A stretch of DNA of 64,000 nt from Rickettsiales bacterium (lineage in GTDB: Bacteria; Pseudomonadota; Alphaproteobacteria; Rickettsiales; UBA998). Below the pieces are notes generated by a model. The model searched no databases. It was not told the DNA's origin and was given only the letters and a program-made list of their open reading frames with translations. The DNA lies in the NCBI GenBank assembly GCA_028279475.1, contig JANQNR010000011.1, forward strand, positions 4,082 through 68,081, read 5' to 3'. Below are positions 62,189-64,000 of this stretch, one piece after another (position 1 is the first letter of the stretch; each line of letters begins with the position of its first letter). The translations under genes and the position numbers were made by a program.

Positions 62189-64000
62189 ATGAACCAACGC
62201 TACCAGGACGATTGTGACGTTCGCATCAACACCATCATCCGTCATATATCGGACGAAAACAACGCACCGCTATTTCATGATTTCACACAACATGTCTACC
62301 GCAGCCTTTCACTGGAAGACTTAACCGAACTGTCAACGGATATTGCTGCTCACACCGCTACCAGCCTGTTTACCCATTACGAAACACAGCCTTCACTTGA
62401 AGCACCCTTTATCAGCATCGACACACCGGAATTCCTACGGGAGTATTACAGCCGCTCCCGTGTGACTGTCAGCGTCATCAGCCAAGATATGCCATTTCTG
62501 GTAGATTCTCTCACCATCGCGTTGAAACGCATGGGGTTCACTATTTATCGCACAATCCACCCACAATTGCGCGCTGAACGGAACGCACAAGGAGCATTGA
62601 CATCCCTACATGACGTACGCAGCCAGCAGGGTGCGGCGGAATCCTGCATCTACTTTGAACTCTCTCCCCTGCCAGAAGATATCAGCAAAAAAGACATTGA
62701 GAAAACACTGCGACTCAGCCTGGATTTTGTCCGTTATTCCGTAGAAGACTGGCGAGTCATGATGGCAAAAGCACGGGAAGTGAACACGCATGTCATTACG
62801 GCCAATAAAGCAATTTCCTCCGACGACATCGAGGAAGCATCTGCTTTTTTCGACTGGCTTTTAGACAATAACTTCATTTTCCTCGGCTTCGTTGAATACG
62901 ACTTTCATACAAAGGAAGGAGAAGAATTTTTTGCGCCGGTTAAAAATTCGGCGCTGGGTATCTTCAAAGTAAAAGAGAGTGACCTGTTGCATCGCGGGTT
63001 GGCCAGCCTGCCACCCGAAGTGCGGCATTTCGCACTGCAAAGCGAACCGGTCGAGATCACCAAGTCCAATCGCCGCTCACTGGTACATCGTGATGTCCCC
63101 ATGGATTACATCGGTGTCAAACGCTACGATGCCGCCGGCAACGTCATCGGGGAGAGCCGCTTTATTGGTCTCTTTACCTCCCCGGTCTATTATCAGGAAA
63201 CCACCTCTATTCCCTATATCCGCCGCAAGGTACAGCGCGTCATGGACGCCGCCGGGTTCGACCCTGCCGGTCACAGCGGCAAGGCGCTCAAGGCAGCATT
63301 GGAGTTTTTCCCGCGCGACGAATTGTTCCAGATTTCCCTGGAAGACCTGCTGGAAATCAGCCTGGGCATTATCTCACTGGAAGAACGCCCCGATATGCGC
63401 GTCTTTTTCCGGCGCGATCGGTTTGAACGTTTCATCAGCTGCTTCGTATTCATGCCCCGTGACCGCTATAATACCTATGTCCGCATTGAGGTAGGCAAAA
63501 CACTGGAGCGCCACCTGAATGGGAAGATCAATATTTTCTACACACAACTGACGGATTCAGCGCTGGCGCGGGTCAACTACATTATCCAGACAACCCCCGG
63601 CCATATACCGGATATGGATATGCAGACACTATACGAGGAATTACAGTTCATCGTTAATTACTGGGTGGATGCTCTGCGTGATCAGTTACAGGATACACTC
63701 GGTGAACAGCAGGGTGAAATGCTGTTTCGCCAGTTCGGGGAGGCATTTCCCCGCAACTATGTCAACAGTACTCCCGTCACCGCTGCCATCAATGATATTG
63801 AACATTTACAGCACGTCGTCGCGAACCAACAACCAGCCTTCTACTTATTCATTACGGGCAAGAAAAAAAACTGGCACCTGAAAATGTATGGATTTGAGGA
63901 GGAAATCGCACTCTCCGACATTTTGCCCATGCTGGAAAATTTGGGATTCAAAGTGCGCGATGTTGTCCCGCATCGGGTGGAACCTAGCATTGAAAAACAG
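62189..64000 (+). CDS. gdhZ: NAD-specific glutamate dehydrogenase, large (about 1600 aa) type, N-terminal 604 codons; the gene runs off the window end
   Basis: Own translation from the ATG at 62189: MNQRYQDDCDVRINTIIRHISDENNAPLFHDF...VISQDMPFLVDSLTIALKRMGF...DWLLDNNFIFLGFVEYDF. The frame stays open to 64000. It is absent from the ORF track because there is no stop. Confidence 0.85.
   Translation, partial: MNQRYQDDCDVRINTIIRHISDENNAPLFHDFTQHVYRSLSLEDLTELSTDIAAHTATSLFTHYETQPSLEAPFISIDTPEFLREYYSRSRVTVSVISQDMPFLVDSLTIALKRMGFTIYRTIHPQLRAERNAQGALTSLHDVRSQQGAAESCIYFELSPLPEDISKKDIEKTLRLSLDFVRYSVEDWRVMMAKAREVNTHVITANKAISSDDIEEASAFFDWLLDNNFIFLGFVEYDFHTKEGEEFFAPVKNSALGIFKVKESDLLHRGLASLPPEVRHFALQSEPVEITKSNRRSLVHRDVPMDYIGVKRYDAAGNVIGESRFIGLFTSPVYYQETTSIPYIRRKVQRVMDAAGFDPAGHSGKALKAALEFFPRDELFQISLEDLLEISLGIISLEERPDMRVFFRRDRFERFISCFVFMPRDRYNTYVRIEVGKTLERHLNGKINIFYTQLTDSALARVNYIIQTTPGHIPDMDMQTLYEELQFIVNYWVDALRDQLQDTLGEQQGEMLFRQFGEAFPRNYVNSTPVTAAINDIEHLQHVVANQQPAFYLFITGKKKNWHLKMYGFEEEIALSDILPMLENLGFKVRDVVPHRVEPSIEKQ

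Overview
The window looks like a 64-kb chromosomal segment of an alphaproteobacterium. I infer this from gene content only: an alpha-type Mic60 between hemD and a HemY-like gene, a TIGR02186/Alph_Pro_TM protein, an NDUFS4-like ETC_C1 protein, CarD/CdnL, long-form PstC/PstA and the giant NAD-GDH. GC is moderate, roughly 50% by eye.

It is mostly housekeeping core:
- Translation and RNA processing: rpmH-rnpA, alaS, prmA, rpmG, rplU-rpmA, rsmA, miaB, gltX, engB.
- Other core genes: yajC, carD, recA-rpe, folE, leuC, cysQ, and the 5' part of gdhZ.

Two large functional blocks stand out:
1. A divergent flagellar cluster, flgF-flgG-flgA-flgH (minus strand) and fliL-fliM-DUF6468-like-motE (plus strand). 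Both sides carry good sigma54 -24/-12 promoter matches.
2. A contiguous nine-gene cbb3 oxidase block on the minus strand: DsbD_2-like, ccoNOQP, ccoG, a short FixH-like gene, ccoI and ccoS. It sits next to a divergent Crp/Fnr regulator, and there are two TTGAT-N4-GTCAA boxes.

Other content includes pstCAB without pstS or phoU, two AbrB/PIN (vapBC) modules, a stand-alone tRNA-Ile(GAU), and several short AT-rich ORFan islets.

The window is peppered with at least four families of small structured MITE-like repeats, yet I saw no transposase or integrase.

I did not find a clear multi-gene novel defence or secretion system. The most unusual observations are:
- An in-frame MITE inside the flgA signal-peptide region.
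- An Fnr-like regulator with a firmicute-style C-terminal Cys triad.
- A triplicated tRNA-Ile 3' end, which looks like an insertion-hotspot scar.
- A minimal FixH.
- An L21 with a roughly 90-aa Ala/Lys/Pro tail.
- A Pho-box-like site in front of an ORFan membrane protein.
- Two vapBC loci that share an operator core.

All functional calls come from my own reading of the translated ORFs. No database search was run.
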